Notes: generated from the sequence alone by a model not told the origin. DNA of 64,000 nt from an uncultured Chthonomonadaceae bacterium (GCA_963817895.1 CAWFQB010000001.1:352001-416000), one strand, 5' to 3'; numbered from the stretch's first letter, positions 28,839 through 43,509 are shown. Program-made: numbers and translations.

Positions 28839-31226
28839 ATGATTGACACGCCTCCGCCTTATGAGAGGGTTCGGGAACAGGAGCCTTCGCCCCTTGCGCC
28901 CGCCCCGATTTAAAAAGCTTCCTTAAACCGCTCGATACGCAAACTGCTGTTCGGCAACCCCATTTCCAGCGAACACGCGGAACACACGCTGTTATCCAAA
29001 ATCATCGCGCTCCCCGTGTTCGCGTCCGATGCGATCTCTTCCACCGCGTATGCCACGCAGGAGATCATACTGGCATTGGGCGCGGCGGGATTGTGGATGC
29101 AATCGCAGCAGGGCGCGTACTCGAACTATACGATGCTGATTGCCAGCCTGATTGTCGGCCTGCTCGTGATTGTCGTCACTTCGTACTGGCAGACCATTCA
29201 CGCTTATCCAAGCGGCGGCGGCTCTTATATTGTTTCCAAAGAGAATCTGGGCGCGAATTACGGCCTGATCGCGGCGGGCGCGTTGCTAATAGACTACGTG
29301 CTGACGGTATCGGTATCCATTGCCGCCGGCGTACAGAACCTTGCAAGCGTCCCCTTTGTGGAACACTATCTGATGCCGGACAGGCATCTTGTGTTGTACT
29401 GCCTGCTGTTTATCGCTCTGTTGACCCTGGCGAACTTTCGCGGCCTGAAGGAGTCCGGGTCGCTGTTCGCCATCCCCACCTACATATTTGTGCTGATGTG
29501 CTATATCATGATCGGCGTGGGAGCCTGTCAGGTATTCGGCTGGTTCGGAATGCACGCGCATACGGAAGAAATACGGCAAATCGCCGCCAATCACCCGCAG
29601 GGGGCGGAAGCCGCCGCCAAAGCCGTTTCCACGTTCGGCTGGCTGATTCTGCTGAAAGCGTTCGCCAACGGCTGCGCCGCCATGACGGGAACCGAGGCCG
29701 TCAGCAACGGCATTCCCGCCTTTCAGGAACCCAAATCGCGCAACGCGCAGCTTACCCTTCTGGCAATGGGCGTGATTCTCGGCAGCCTGTTTATCGGCAT
29801 CTCGTGGCTGGCGACACAATTGCACATCGTTTACTACACCACTGGCCCCAATCCTTCGCCTGCGGTCATTGACCAGATTTCCGGCGCGATATTCGGCAAA
29901 ACGGGCGGCGGCAGCATCTTTTATCTGACGACGCAGTTCTTTACCGCCGCTATTCTGGTCCTTGCCGCCAATACCAGTTATGCCGACTTTCCGCGCCTCG
30001 CGTCCATTCTGGCCCGTGACCGCTATATGCCCAAGCAGTTCTCCAATCTGGGTGACAAACTGGTGTTCAACAACGGTATCATGCTGCTCGGCGTATTTGC
30101 CGCTGTATTGATTGTGGTGAAAAAGGGCGAAGTGGACGCGCTGATTCCGCTGTACGCGACGGGCGTTTTCACCGCGTTTACGCTGTCACAGGCGGGCATG
30201 GTCAAGCACTGGTTTGATCTGCGCGAACGTGGCTGGCAGATGAAAGCGGTTATCAACGGTGTCGGCGCGGTTGCCACTACCATTGTGCTTGTCACCATCG
30301 TTTATGAAAAATTCACCGAAGGCGCGTGGATCATTGTATTTCTGATTGCCCTGCTGTTTATCATGTTCAAGAAAATTCACGGACACTATCTGGACGTGGC
30401 GCAGCAGCTCAAACTCGCCAACTATGAATCCCCGGTCACGCCCCTGAAAAATACGGTTCTGGTGCTGGTTCCCGCCCTGCATCGTGGCGTGATGCCCGCG
30501 CTGGACTACGCGCGTTCGCTGTCTTCGGATTGCCGCGCTGTCCACATCTGCACCGACCCGGAACGGACGCCGCAACTGCGCGAACGTTGGGAACAGTGGG
30601 GGCATGACGTTCCCCTTGTCATTCTGAATTCGCCGTACCGTTCCCTGCTCGGCCCCATTATGCGGTATCTGGACGCCGTTCAGCACGAGCGGCGCAACCA
30701 TACGGTTACGGTTGTCGTGCCGGAATTTGTGCCGACCAAGAAGTGGCATGCCCTGCTGCACGGACAATCCGGCTTCCGGCTGAAACTGGCGCTGCTCAGT
30801 CGGCGCGACGTGGTTGTGGCGAACGTGCGCTACTATCTGGCGCACTCGGAATCGCCGCCGCCCTCGGACGCGCTTGCCGAAGAGGACGCGGGTTTGCATG
30901 ACGCGAACGGACATCACGGACACCAGCCGCCTGTTGACCTTGCCGAAAGCATAGCGCAGCAGGCGATGGAAACCCCGAATATCGGCAGCGCGCAGGACTT
31001 AGCCCTTGCCGGGGATACGGGTTATAATGCGCCCGACGCCCAAAACAGCGCGCAGGCATCGGAGGCAAACGGGCAGGCGGTTTCCCCGACAGGCACACTG
31101 GAAGAGCAGCGGGCGTATGAGACGGGGCTGAACAATCCCCCCGTCGCGCGCCGAAACGATAGCGCGTGGGGTACGGGAACAAACGGCAATGATTCCAATG
31201 ATCCGGCAGCGGGGGGACGCGCATGA
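28839..31226 (+). CDS. APC-superfamily KimA/YdaO-like potassium transporter; in-frame TAA at 28911 may be a base-call error
   Basis: RKLLFGNP..., FASDAISSTAYA, AYPSGGGSY, LLIDYVLTVSVS, GTEAVSNG, SPYRSL, VVPEFVP. Confidence 0.85.
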
Positions 31227-32023
31227 TTATCGAAACACGCGCGGATGTGGTGAAATTGTCCGGGTCGCTGCACAAAAACCAGTGGATGTCCATTCGCGCT
31301 GCGGTAAACCTGCTGCTGCACGATTTCCCGCAGGGCATCATTGTAGATTGCAGCGGGCTGGAGGAGATTTCCGGGGACGGCGCGAAGACATTTCTGGAAG
31401 CCATTCGCGATATCGAGTCCGCCCGCGCCCGCATCATCGTCGTGAGCCTGCCGGAAAAGGTTCTCAGCTTTATCAAGACCGTGCCGGGTGTGCGTTCGCA
31501 ATTGCCGATTGCCCCGACTATCGAGGCCGCGCGCTCGTCCCTGCAAATGCACAAACGCGCGGCGGCAACTCCCGCTTCTTCGGATGGATCGAAGAGCGGG
31601 CAGATCATCGTTGTTCCCCTGATGGCGGACGTGGATTTGAGTTACGGGGCCGATCTTGCCGCCCGTATCGCCCGCGTTCAGCGCGGGGAAGTGCGGCTGG
31701 TGTATCTGCTGGAAGTGACCCGTACCCTGCCCCTCAACGCGCCCCTGCTGGAACAGGAACAGGCGGCGGAAACCGCCCTTGCAACAGCGGCGCAGCTCGC
31801 GCAGCGCAATGGCGCGTCCCCACAAGAGCATGTGGAGCGCGTCCGCGACTCCGTAGACGGCGCACTGGCGGCTATCAAAACATACGGCGCGACCATGATC
31901 GTCATCGGCGCATCCAAACACGCGATGGATCACGGCGACCATGACCGCTTCGATCAGCTTGTCGAAACCCTCCTGCACCGCGCCCCGTGCGAGGTGATTG
32001 TAGGACGGTTGAGCAGAGAGTAG
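31223..32023 (+). CDS. STAS-like domain fused to universal stress protein domain
   Basis: N-terminal VVKLSG..IIVDCSGLEEISGDG; C-terminal USP ending LLHRAPCEVIV; ATGA coupling to the transporter. Confidence 0.75.
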   Translation: MIIETRADVVKLSGSLHKNQWMSIRAAVNLLLHDFPQGIIVDCSGLEEISGDGAKTFLEAIRDIESARARIIVVSLPEKVLSFIKTVPGVRSQLPIAPTIEAARSSLQMHKRAAATPASSDGSKSGQIIVVPLMADVDLSYGADLAARIARVQRGEVRLVYLLEVTRTLPLNAPLLEQEQAAETALATAAQLAQRNGASPQEHVERVRDSVDGALAAIKTYGATMIVIGASKHAMDHGDHDRFDQLVETLLHRAPCEVIVGRLSRE

Positions 32024-32141
32024 GTTGTTAGTTGTAAGGTTGTTAGGATGATACAAGAGTAACACGTTTTCTTTTGCGTACAAGGCTGTCAATTTACCGC
32101 CTAACAACCTGACAACTAACAACCTGACAACGGAGTTTCCT

Positions 32142-32982
32142 ATGTCCTTCTTTCCTCCCGATTGCGAAGAGATTGTACGGCGCGCGCTGCTGGAAGATGT
32201 GGGTACGGGTGATGTGACCACGCTGTTTACAGTTCCGCCGAATGCGCAGGCGACGGCGCGGATGGTTGCGAAATCACCGGGCATTATCGCGGGGCTGCCG
32301 GTTGTCGAGGCCGTGCTGCGCCAGATTGACCCGGATGTTCGCGGAACGCGCCTTGTGGAGGAGGGAGCGCGCGTTCGTTGCCGGGGAACCCATTTTCACC
32401 ATGCAGGGACGGGCGCAGAGTCTTCTTACTGCCGAGCGGGTCGCGCTGAATTTCGCGCAGCGGTTATCCGGCATTGCCACGAAAACTGCCCGCTTTGTGG
32501 AACTAGTGGCCGGGACGCGGGCGCGGATTGTGGACACGCGCAAAACCACGCCCGGACTGCGCGCGCTGGAAAAATACGCCGTCCGTGTGGGCGGCGGCTA
32601 CAACCATCGTTTTGGCCTGTACGACGCCATCCTCATCAAAGACAACCATATCGCGGCCAGTGGCGGCATTGCCCTCGCGGTGCAAAACGCCTTCGCCCAC
32701 GCCCCGCACACTATGACGGTAACGGTGGAGTGCGACACGCTGGCGCAGGTGCAGGAAGCGCTGGACGCCGAAGCCGACATTCTGCTGCTGGACAACATGA
32801 GCCTGGAACAACTGCGTCAGGCTGTAGAACTCATTGGCGAACAGGCGGCAACGGAAGCCAGCGGCGGCGTGAATGAACAAACCGTTGCGGCCATCGCGCA
32901 AACCGGCGTAGATATTATCTCCGTCGGCGCGCTCACTCATTCGGCAACCGCGCTGGATATTAGTTTGGATTTGACCCTGTGA
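32142..32982 (+). CDS. nadC: Nicotinate-nucleotide pyrophosphorylase (carboxylating); frameshift near 32378
   Basis: ALLEDVGTGDVTT; ERVALN, DTRKTTPG, NHRFGL, LIKDNH, LLDNM, EASGG, SVGALTHS. Confidence 0.92.
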
Positions 32983-32983
32983 C

Positions 32984-33763
32984 ATGCCTCTCTTGCTGCT
33001 AAAATCCGTACCCTCCACAATGGACATAGCGCGTGAAAATGTGCTTGCGGGCCGCGTTCGGTTTGAAGCGTCCGGGCGTCCGGTTCCCAATGGCGTCCTC
33101 GCGGAAGAACAGACGGCGGGACGGGGACAGCGCGGGCGGCGCTGGTTCGCGCAGTCCGGCGAATGTTTGTGCGCCACCTACTATTTCGGGTGGGGTCTGG
33201 CCGCGCCCGAAACCGCCGGACAGTTAGCGTTTCTGGCAGGCGTCGCCGTCGTGGAAACTCTGGCCTCATCCTTCCTCCTTCCTCCCTCCTCCTTTGCCCT
33301 GAAGTGGCCCAACGACATCCTGCTCAACGGGCGCAAGGTCGGGGGAATTCTGATTGAATTGATGCAAACGCCGGGAGGGGAATGGATTGCGTTGATTGGC
33401 GTGGGGATTAATGTAAAGACGCGCGAGTTTCCCGCTGAACTTGCGGCTTCCGCCACTTCCCTGTGGCGTGAGGGTATAAAGGTTGAGGACATAGCGACGT
33501 TGGCGGAAGCGATTGGCGGCGCATTGGAACGGTTGGCGCATCTCCGGCAAGACCACGATTTCGAGGCCATTCTTGCCCGTTGGCGAACCTGCGACACGAC
33601 ACCGGGCCGCGTATTTGAAACTGTTCTGGAAGGGAAAACCGTTCAGGGCATCGCGGACGGCATCGAACCGGATGGCGCGTTACGGCTGCGACTGCCAAAC
33701 GGCTGCATCTTGCGCGTTTTGTCCGCATCCTCAATTCAAGATACGAGACACGAGGAGAATTAG
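32984..33763 (+). CDS. birA: Biotin-[acetyl-CoA carboxylase] ligase
   Basis: QTAGRGQRGRRW, LKWPND, KVGGILIE, GVGINV. Confidence 0.9.
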   Translation: MPLLLLKSVPSTMDIARENVLAGRVRFEASGRPVPNGVLAEEQTAGRGQRGRRWFAQSGECLCATYYFGWGLAAPETAGQLAFLAGVAVVETLASSFLLPPSSFALKWPNDILLNGRKVGGILIELMQTPGGEWIALIGVGINVKTREFPAELAASATSLWREGIKVEDIATLAEAIGGALERLAHLRQDHDFEAILARWRTCDTTPGRVFETVLEGKTVQGIADGIEPDGALRLRLPNGCILRVLSASSIQDTRHEEN

Positions 33764-33825
33764 AAGATACAGAAAGTGTCAGGGAAGTTACTTGTATCTC
33801 GTATCTCGTATCTCCTATCTTTCCC

Positions 33826-34557
33826 CTAATTTTTCATTTCGTCAATGACGCGCTGCCAGCGGGGGGCGTTGGTGTTCAGGGGGCGGGCGATCAGGACGGC
33901 GACGCGCTCTTCACTCTCCGCGCTTGCGTCCGGTTTGGTTGTATCGGGGCGTTCGGTTTTCAGTTCCGCGATCTGTTCGCGCAGCAGGCGCAATTCTTCC
34001 TGCAATCGCGCCCGCGTGTCCGTCATTTCCAGCAGATGCTGCTTGACCGACAGGGGCAGCATGGCGACAGACGCCACGCAAAAGGCCAGCGTTTGCGGGT
34101 CGTCGGGCAGGTCCACATCGGGCATCGGCAGATGCGCATGGGCGGCCAGAAGCGCGAGATAGTTCGAGAACAGGCCGGATACGTCGGCAATCAGTTCGCT
34201 CAGGTCGTCCGTCTCTACGTCCCGGTCTTCCCACTCCTCCACGCGCCCGATGAGATAGGGCTGATCGGCTTCCATCGTTTCCAGAACCCGGAAACGCTCC
34301 TCGCACACCGCCAGCAGGTTCATGCGGCCATCGCGCAGCCGTTCCACTTCCAGAATACGCGCCACGCAGCCGACCCTGTGCGGGGTGGCGGGCTCGCCCA
34401 CTTCATTGCCCTCCCGTATCAGCACGACGCCGAACGGGGCATTGTTGTCAATGCAGGCGTTAATCATGGCCTTGTAGCGCTCTTCAAAGATGTGCAGTTG
34501 CAGCGGAAATTGCGGAAACTGTACGCTGTTGAGCGGAAACAGAGGCAGGGTATACAA
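33826..34557 (-). CDS. LON peptidase substrate-binding domain protein
   Basis: LPLFPL...LHIFEERYKAMI...FGVVLI. Confidence 0.85.
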   Translation of the reverse strand: MYTLPLFPLNSVQFPQFPLQLHIFEERYKAMINACIDNNAPFGVVLIREGNEVGEPATPHRVGCVARILEVERLRDGRMNLLAVCEERFRVLETMEADQPYLIGRVEEWEDRDVETDDLSELIADVSGLFSNYLALLAAHAHLPMPDVDLPDDPQTLAFCVASVAMLPLSVKQHLLEMTDTRARLQEELRLLREQIAELKTERPDTTKPDASAESEERVAVLIARPLNTNAPRWQRVIDEMKN

Positions 34558-34575
34558 TCGGGGCGGCTCCGACTA

Positions 34576-35374
34576 TTATTTCTCCATACGGCGCAGCAAA
34601 TCGGCGCGGGCGGCGACACACAAAACGAGTTCTTCTTGTTTACCATGCGCCTGCAAGGGTTGAGATTGGTACAGGGCAATGGCGGCGTTGAAATGCGTCA
34701 GGGCGCGGACTGTATTGTTCGGCTCATCAATTAGTACGTTTGCCAGTAGATTGCCCAATTGGTGGTGACACTCCGCTTGCGCAAGCCAAATGGCTTCCGA
34801 TTCCGTATCTTCAGTCGGTTCGGCAGGCCCGTAAAGTTTCAATGCTTCGAGATAGTGGGCGCTGGGCCTCTTCGGGGCGGTTGCGCCGGAGAAAAATTTG
34901 AGCGATATGCAGGCAGCAATCCGCCTGCCGCGCCCAGGTTCCGGGTTGAAGCGCGAGCTGCTGCTGTTGCCGGATATAACGGGCGATCAGCAGATACAGG
35001 CGGCTCTGCGGATCGTTGCGCAGGGCGGCAATCCCGGCAAGGGCTTTGCGGGCGCACTCGCGGGCATGTTCCTGATCGTCGGGCGGGGATAATTGCCCGT
35101 ACAGGTCGGCGGCCTCCTGAAAGATACTGGCCGCGTCGGCATGTTGCTGTTGCCGCGCCAGCAGGTCGCCACAATGTCGGCAGGCATGGGCGCGAGCGCG
35201 GGTCAGGGCAACGGGAACGCCCCCGCTCTCCTCTGCCATGCGCCATGCCTCGGCATAATGCAGCGTGGACATTCGCCATTGCGCAAGCGCGTCCTGTTCC
35301 GCCCCCGCCTCCAACTGCGCCGCCCTTTCCGCGCATTGTTCGGCCTGTTCCTGTTGAGAATCATCAACGCTCAT
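34576..35374 (-). CDS. TPR-like helical protein; frameshift near 34850
   Basis: ORFs 34811..35437 and 34576..34842 read as one helical-repeat protein. Confidence 0.55.
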
Positions 35375-35478
35375 AATAGTTCTATTACGGTCAGAGGAGG
35401 GTTGGTGTTGGCGAGCAAAGGAGTAATTTAGCGGCATACCGCCCTGAAGCGCCTTGCAGTCCGCAACGCAGACAGCAA

Positions 35479-35743
35479 TCAGCGACGCTCCTCAATGATG
35501 GTTTCCGAAAGTGGCTTGCCCAGAATAGGAACGGGAGGGGGGGTCCGGCTGTGGTGACAGGAAAGGACGCTTGATCTGTTTGACCAATCCCAACTCTTGT
35601 AGTACACGAAGCGCGGCTTCGCGTTCCGCTTCTGGTGATGGCGAGTTGAGAAGAGACTGCACCTCGCGTTCCAGTTCGCGCAAATCTTCCCTCGGCAAAG
35701 TTCTAATCTCATTCAGTAGTTGCGATAGTACTGCCTGCGCCGT
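35479..35743 (-). pseudogene. Antitoxin-like small protein, apparently damaged (ACG in place of ATG, frameshift near 35515)
   Basis: C-terminal GKPLSETIIEERR; SD AAGGAG followed by ACG. Confidence 0.5.
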
Positions 35744-35788
35744 TTCCTACTCCTTTCAAGTTAAGCAACCTCTTTTTACAGCATTATA

Positions 35789-37888
35789 CTACGGCCAGGG
35801 GAAGGTTGGTGTTGGCGTGTAGCGGTCGTAGAGGGCGGGAAGAGTGAACAAAATCGCGGTGGTGAACTCGCCCAACACCATTCCCAAAAAGAACGGGCGC
35901 AGGCGGGCGTACAGGTTCATGCCGCCATAACGCAGCACAACAGTTTTGCATAGCCAGGCGACGAAGCAGGGGAACCAGAAGACATCCATCGTCCACGTTC
36001 CCGAAAGCGCGTAGCCGAGCGGATGCAGCGGGAACCACAGCAGGCGCGTTCGCAGTGTCGCCAATCCTACCGTGACCAGTGCGCCGATGAAGAAATTGAT
36101 TGTGGCCCAGAACGGTAGGGGCGGGCCGCTGTGATTCAGTTGCGTATTCGCGTCGTTGAACGCCCATACCGGATTCATCTGATACACGTAGCTGTACATC
36201 TGCACCGCGCCGAAACGATAGGGCAACGCGATGTGCATATACCCCGACACGAGAAGCGCGACGACGAGCGCGAGCGTAAACACGCCGAGCAGCGAACTTC
36301 GGCGCACGCGAACGCCGTCCGCAAACTTCATCGAATCGAGAAATCCCGTTAGAATCAGACCGCGCTGATCCCGCATCCACAGCGCGTCCAGAAACGCCAG
36401 TCCCGTCAGGTTCGCGGCTCCCAGATTGCGAACATCGCCCACCATCCGGTAAATGTCTATGGGTCGGAAACTGGTTTCTGTCATCAGCATTCCCGACTCG
36501 CACGTACTCCGCGCCATCACAAGCGCGACCACGAACAGCAATATGGCAATTTCAAAGAGGGCCAGCCAGTACGACATCCCCAACAGCGACATCCACCCCG
36601 CCATGCCGAGCAAGCACACAATCAATCCCCAGAACGCCGTCCGGTAGGAGAGCAACTCATCCTCGGAATTTTCGATTTTCGATTTTCGATTTTCGATTGC
36701 CTCTCCTTTTCTCCTCTTCTCCTTTTCTCCTTTTCTTCCCACCGCCGCCTGCCATACGCGCTTCAAATGCGGACGGGCGGACCAGAACATATACGCGACA
36801 AGCACCACGTAGCAGCCGATAATCTGGTAGCCCTGATACACTTTGCAGCCGTACATGGGCATGGTTTCGGGCTGATACCCTGCGCTTGCCGCCATCACGT
36901 CTTCCACTTTGGTCAGCAGAAAAAAGAACCACAGGGAGAAAAGCAAATCCGTTGGCAGCAGATAGAAGAACCCGATGGCGGCGAACGACAGATAGATGTG
37001 GAAAAATCCCGTCTGGTTGTAGGGCGGCTGCGTGAGAAATTCGCCCAGGTTGATGTCGGTTGTTACATCCGGGATGGTCGGCATGTACTGGTGCAAACCC
37101 TTCAAGCCGAACACGCAGGCGGTTATGGCGAAGCCCATCCATGTCAGGCGGTTTTGCAGGAAGCCCTCTGTTTTCGCGCCTGCGCGTCCGCCGATTGCGG
37201 TTGTGTTTTCGCCCTTGACCATTTCGAGGGGCAACTGCACAAGCGGAAATGACAATTTTTCGTTGTCCACCCACTGCCGACGCAAAATTACGGCAAGACA
37301 CAGATACGCGGTAAACATCATCGCCACGAACACGCCCCACGCCAATAGCGGCATCACCCACAACTGCCAGGGGATATGCGCGCCGGGAGGCAGGTGGTCA
37401 TAAAAGTGCGCGGCTACATCCTGTTTGGCGTCGCCAGCCGGGTTCCAGGGGACGGCCCAATGCGGAATGTTCTTGAAAAACTTCTCTTTCCAGCCGTTTT
37501 CGGGCGTGGCGAAATAGTTGGGAACAACCAGAAGCGGGATCAATTTTTGCAGCAATCCGCGCGACGACACCATAGACGCGAGGAGCATCATCACATACAC
37601 GGTAAACATCTCGTGCGGGCGCAATTGCAGGCGAGTCGAGAACCGCCGAAACAGGGCTTGTACCCCAAGCAACATTACCAACATGCCAATCACAACGGGC
37701 GGCAACTGCAAAAATCCGATCTGGATTTTGCCCACAACCAGTTCCGCATAGCATACCACCACGCAGGTTATTGCCACGCAAATCAACCCTACCACAAGCG
37801 CAGGCAGGGTCATTGCGCTGACTCTGGCGTTGGCAGCCATCGAGGCATCGGCGGCAGTGAAATTGGGTTGTGTGGAGTTGGTTTGCAT
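35789..37888 (-). CDS. DUF6785-type multi-pass membrane protein (putative transporter)
   Basis: LRRQWVDNEKLSFPLVQLP, WFPLHPLGY, LRYGG..LY..LRPFFLG. Confidence 0.8.
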   Translation of the reverse strand: MQTNSTQPNFTAADASMAANARVSAMTLPALVVGLICVAITCVVVCYAELVVGKIQIGFLQLPPVVIGMLVMLLGVQALFRRFSTRLQLRPHEMFTVYVMMLLASMVSSRGLLQKLIPLLVVPNYFATPENGWKEKFFKNIPHWAVPWNPAGDAKQDVAAHFYDHLPPGAHIPWQLWVMPLLAWGVFVAMMFTAYLCLAVILRRQWVDNEKLSFPLVQLPLEMVKGENTTAIGGRAGAKTEGFLQNRLTWMGFAITACVFGLKGLHQYMPTIPDVTTDINLGEFLTQPPYNQTGFFHIYLSFAAIGFFYLLPTDLLFSLWFFFLLTKVEDVMAASAGYQPETMPMYGCKVYQGYQIIGCYVVLVAYMFWSARPHLKRVWQAAVGRKGEKEKRRKGEAIENRKSKIENSEDELLSYRTAFWGLIVCLLGMAGWMSLLGMSYWLALFEIAILLFVVALVMARSTCESGMLMTETSFRPIDIYRMVGDVRNLGAANLTGLAFLDALWMRDQRGLILTGFLDSMKFADGVRVRRSSLLGVFTLALVVALLVSGYMHIALPYRFGAVQMYSYVYQMNPVWAFNDANTQLNHSGPPLPFWATINFFIGALVTVGLATLRTRLLWFPLHPLGYALSGTWTMDVFWFPCFVAWLCKTVVLRYGGMNLYARLRPFFLGMVLGEFTTAILFTLPALYDRYTPTPTFPWP

Positions 37889-38151
37889 AACGCCGCAATG
37901 TTCTTGCAACATTGCTGTTTTTCCTGCCTTGCTGAAAATACCTCGGTCAAAAATCAATGCTTCAACGCGCAATTTATGCAACAATGGAAGCGATTGGCTG
38001 TCATAAGTATTCAAGAAGGCGCGAAAACTATTCCGCCAGATTTGTGTTGTTCTGTGCTTGCTTGCTATCGGCCCCGCCGCCGCTGTGAGTTTGCCTGCTG
38101 TTTGATACGGGCTTTCCATCCGGCCCGTCTTTCGCTGTTGAGGAACTTGCA

Positions 38152-40758
<2,607 letters not shown>

Positions 40759-40785
40759 CGCCGTAGTATCGCCTTAACAGTCGAG

Positions 40786-41106
40786 ATGGCTGAATACCAA
40801 TGGATTGAAGGCGGGACAAGGGGTATGTCGAATCACACCGGAAGTCATTTGTTAAACGATGTTTTCTCCATTCTGGTAAAGGAGAAAGTGTTTGAACCGC
40901 CTGGCAGGGAAGCCACACAGAAGATTGTGCTGGAAATAGTCGAGATTGCCAGAAAAAGGTACGATTGTAACTACGGCGAAATTCTGGAAGATAATGCTCA
41001 AGCTCTGGGCGTCTGTCAACGTTGCCTAAAGCCCGCCAACAAACTGACGCGCGGTTTTTGTAGAAACTGCCATATAGAGCGCATAAAGTACGAGAAAAAT
41101 GAGTAA
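40786..41106 (+). CDS. Small Cys-rich hypothetical protein
   Basis: CQRC...CRNC; lower GC than flanks. Confidence 0.55.
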   Translation: MAEYQWIEGGTRGMSNHTGSHLLNDVFSILVKEKVFEPPGREATQKIVLEIVEIARKRYDCNYGEILEDNAQALGVCQRCLKPANKLTRGFCRNCHIERIKYEKNE

Positions 41107-41118
41107 GGTCAAACATAC

Positions 41119-41956
41119 ATGTCCAAACCATTCGACGCAACGCTGAAGACGCTTGTAGAAAAGTACCCATTGGCATGGCTGGCGCAGGCCGGTATTCCTG
41201 TCATGGGCAGCGTAGAAGTGCTTGATACCGATTTGTCTACGGTAACAACCGCCGCAGACAAGGTACTGCTCGTTCATAAACCGGAACCGCGCATAATCCA
41301 CGTCGAACTGCAATCCAGTCGTGATGTGGGCTTGCATCGCCGCCTGTTGCTGTAATGTACTGTTGTACGACCGTTACGGCTTGCCGGTACATACGATCCT
41401 TGTCCTGTTACGACCTGAAGCGAAAACGTCTGCGTTGACGGGGCGCGTCAGTTACGCTTCTCCTTTCGGCAACAGCACTTTGGAGTTCAGTTATCAACTG
41501 ATTTGCATCTGGCAGCAGCCCGTAGACATGTTTCTGAATGGCGAATTGGGAGTTCTGCCGCTTGCGCCTGTCAGCAAAATTTCACAGGAGGAGTTGCCGG
41601 GGATACTGCGGCAGGTCAGTGACAGGCTAGACCGCGAAGCCAGCCCTGCTGAAGCGGAAACCCTCTGGACGGCGACGTATATTTTGGCTGGCCTGCGTTA
41701 TCCGTCATCTGTGGTCGCACAATTATTTGCAGGAGTTAGGGACATGAGAGAGTCTTCCACTTACCAAGCGATTCTTGAAGAAGGGCGCGTCGCTGGTGTC
41801 AGGCATCTGTTGTTTGCGCTTGGCGAGAAACGTTTCGGTAAACCGAGCGCAACGATGCAAAGAATCATCGAAGCCATTTCGGACGCGCAACATCTGGAAC
41901 AATTGACAACGCGCACTCTGGACGTGAACAGTTGGGATGAACTGCTGGCGTCGTAG
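41119..41956 (+). pseudogene. Rpn-like PD-(D/E)XK / DUF4351-type protein; frameshift near 41353
   Basis: MSKPFDATLK, AADKV, IHVELQS, MRESSTYQAILEEGR. Confidence 0.75.
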
Positions 41957-41996
41957 CGCAGTACGCTGATGAGATGTGTGATGTGAGGAGAAGAAA

Positions 41997-43324
41997 ATGC
42001 TGGACATTGAAATCGGGGCGAAACGGGATTGCGAAGGCTTTACGCGCCGGGACGTGCTGCGCATCGGCGGATTGACGCGCGTTTGGCCTGACCCTGCCCA
42101 ATCTGCTACAGGCGCAAACCGCCAATCCACAGGCGAAAATCGGCAATCGTAAATCCGACATGTCGTGTATTCTGCTGTGGATGGGCGGCGGGCCGAGCCA
42201 TATTGACACGTTCGATCCCAAGCCCGACGCGCCGCAGGAGATACGCGGCTCGTTCGGCGTGGTGGAAACCAATGTCAAAGGCGTTCGCATCAGCGACCAG
42301 TTGCCCAAACTGGCGAAGCAGATGGACAAGTTCAGCATTTTGCGCTCCGTCACATCCCCGGATGGAACTCACGAAACCGCCACGCACTATCTGCTTGACC
42401 GGCTACCCGTTCGGCCCCGCCGCCGAATATCCCGGCTATGGCGCGGTTGTGGCGCGAGAAAAAGGCTTCCAGAACGGGATGCCGCCCTACGCAATGTTCG
42501 GCGGATTGCCCAACAATCACGGCGGCGGCGGCTACATGGGCGCGACCTACAACCCGTTTATCATCGGCGGCGACCCGAACAACCCGGCTTTTCGCGTGGA
42601 AGACGTAGCCCCCCCGAACGGCGTGGATGTGGCCCGCATGGATCGGCGGCGATTATTGCGCGGGGCGTTGGACGATTTTCAGCGCGATAAAGAAACGGCA
42701 AGCAAAAGCGCGCAAACAATGGACGAGTTTTATCAGCGCGCGTACACCCTCGTCACCTCGCCCGTCGCCAAAAAAGCCTTCAATCTCAAGGAAGAACCCG
42801 ACAAACTGCGCGATCAGTACGGGCGTACTTATTTCGGCCAATCGTGCCTGCTGGCGCGGCGCATGGTGGAAGCGGGCGTCCGCGTCGTGTCCATCAACTA
42901 CAACGGCTGGGACACGCACGAGAACAACTTCAACGCGCTTAAAAACAATCTGCTGCCTCCGCTCGATCAGGGCTACGCGGCTCTGCTCAACGACCTGAAG
43001 GAACGCGGGATGCTGGACACCACGCTTGTCGTCTGGATGGGCGAGTTTGGTCGGACTCCCCGCGTCAACTCTTCGGCAGGCCGTGACCACTGGCCCGGCG
43101 CGATCAGCGTGTGTATGGGCGGCGGTGGCGTGAAAACCGGCGTCGTCGTCGGCAGTTCCAACGAGCGCGGTGAATTTCCAAAAGATCGCCCGCTGCGCGT
43201 CGAGGACGTGGCCGCGACGATCTACAAGGCGATGGGCATCAACTACGAAAAAGAGTACATGTCGCCGCAGGAACGCCCGCTGAAAATCAACTACGACGGC
43301 ACGCCCATCAGCGAACTCATTTAA
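41997..43324 (+). CDS. DUF1501 domain protein; frameshifts near 42077 and 42396
   Basis: TRRDVLRIGG, LWMGGGPSHIDTFDPKP, CLLARRMVEAGV, WDTH, GEFGRTP, GRDHW. Confidence 0.88.
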
Positions 43325-43509
43325 TGGACAAATCACTTGAACATTGCACAACCCAGCGTTCGCAGCCAATTGGCCAGTAGGCCTAACAACCGGTATTTTA
43401 GATGCCGGGACAGCACGATTGTACAATCTTTAGTTGCTTTGTCCATAAGTTAGCCGCGAATAAACGCGAATAAACGCGAATAATTCAAGAACATCAGGTA
43501 AGCAGATTC

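Noticed and set aside
28911..28913. In-frame TAA in the transporter as recoding or readthrough
   Set aside because: It sits at a T/A homopolymer junction in an error-rich assembly, so a base-call error is more parsimonious.
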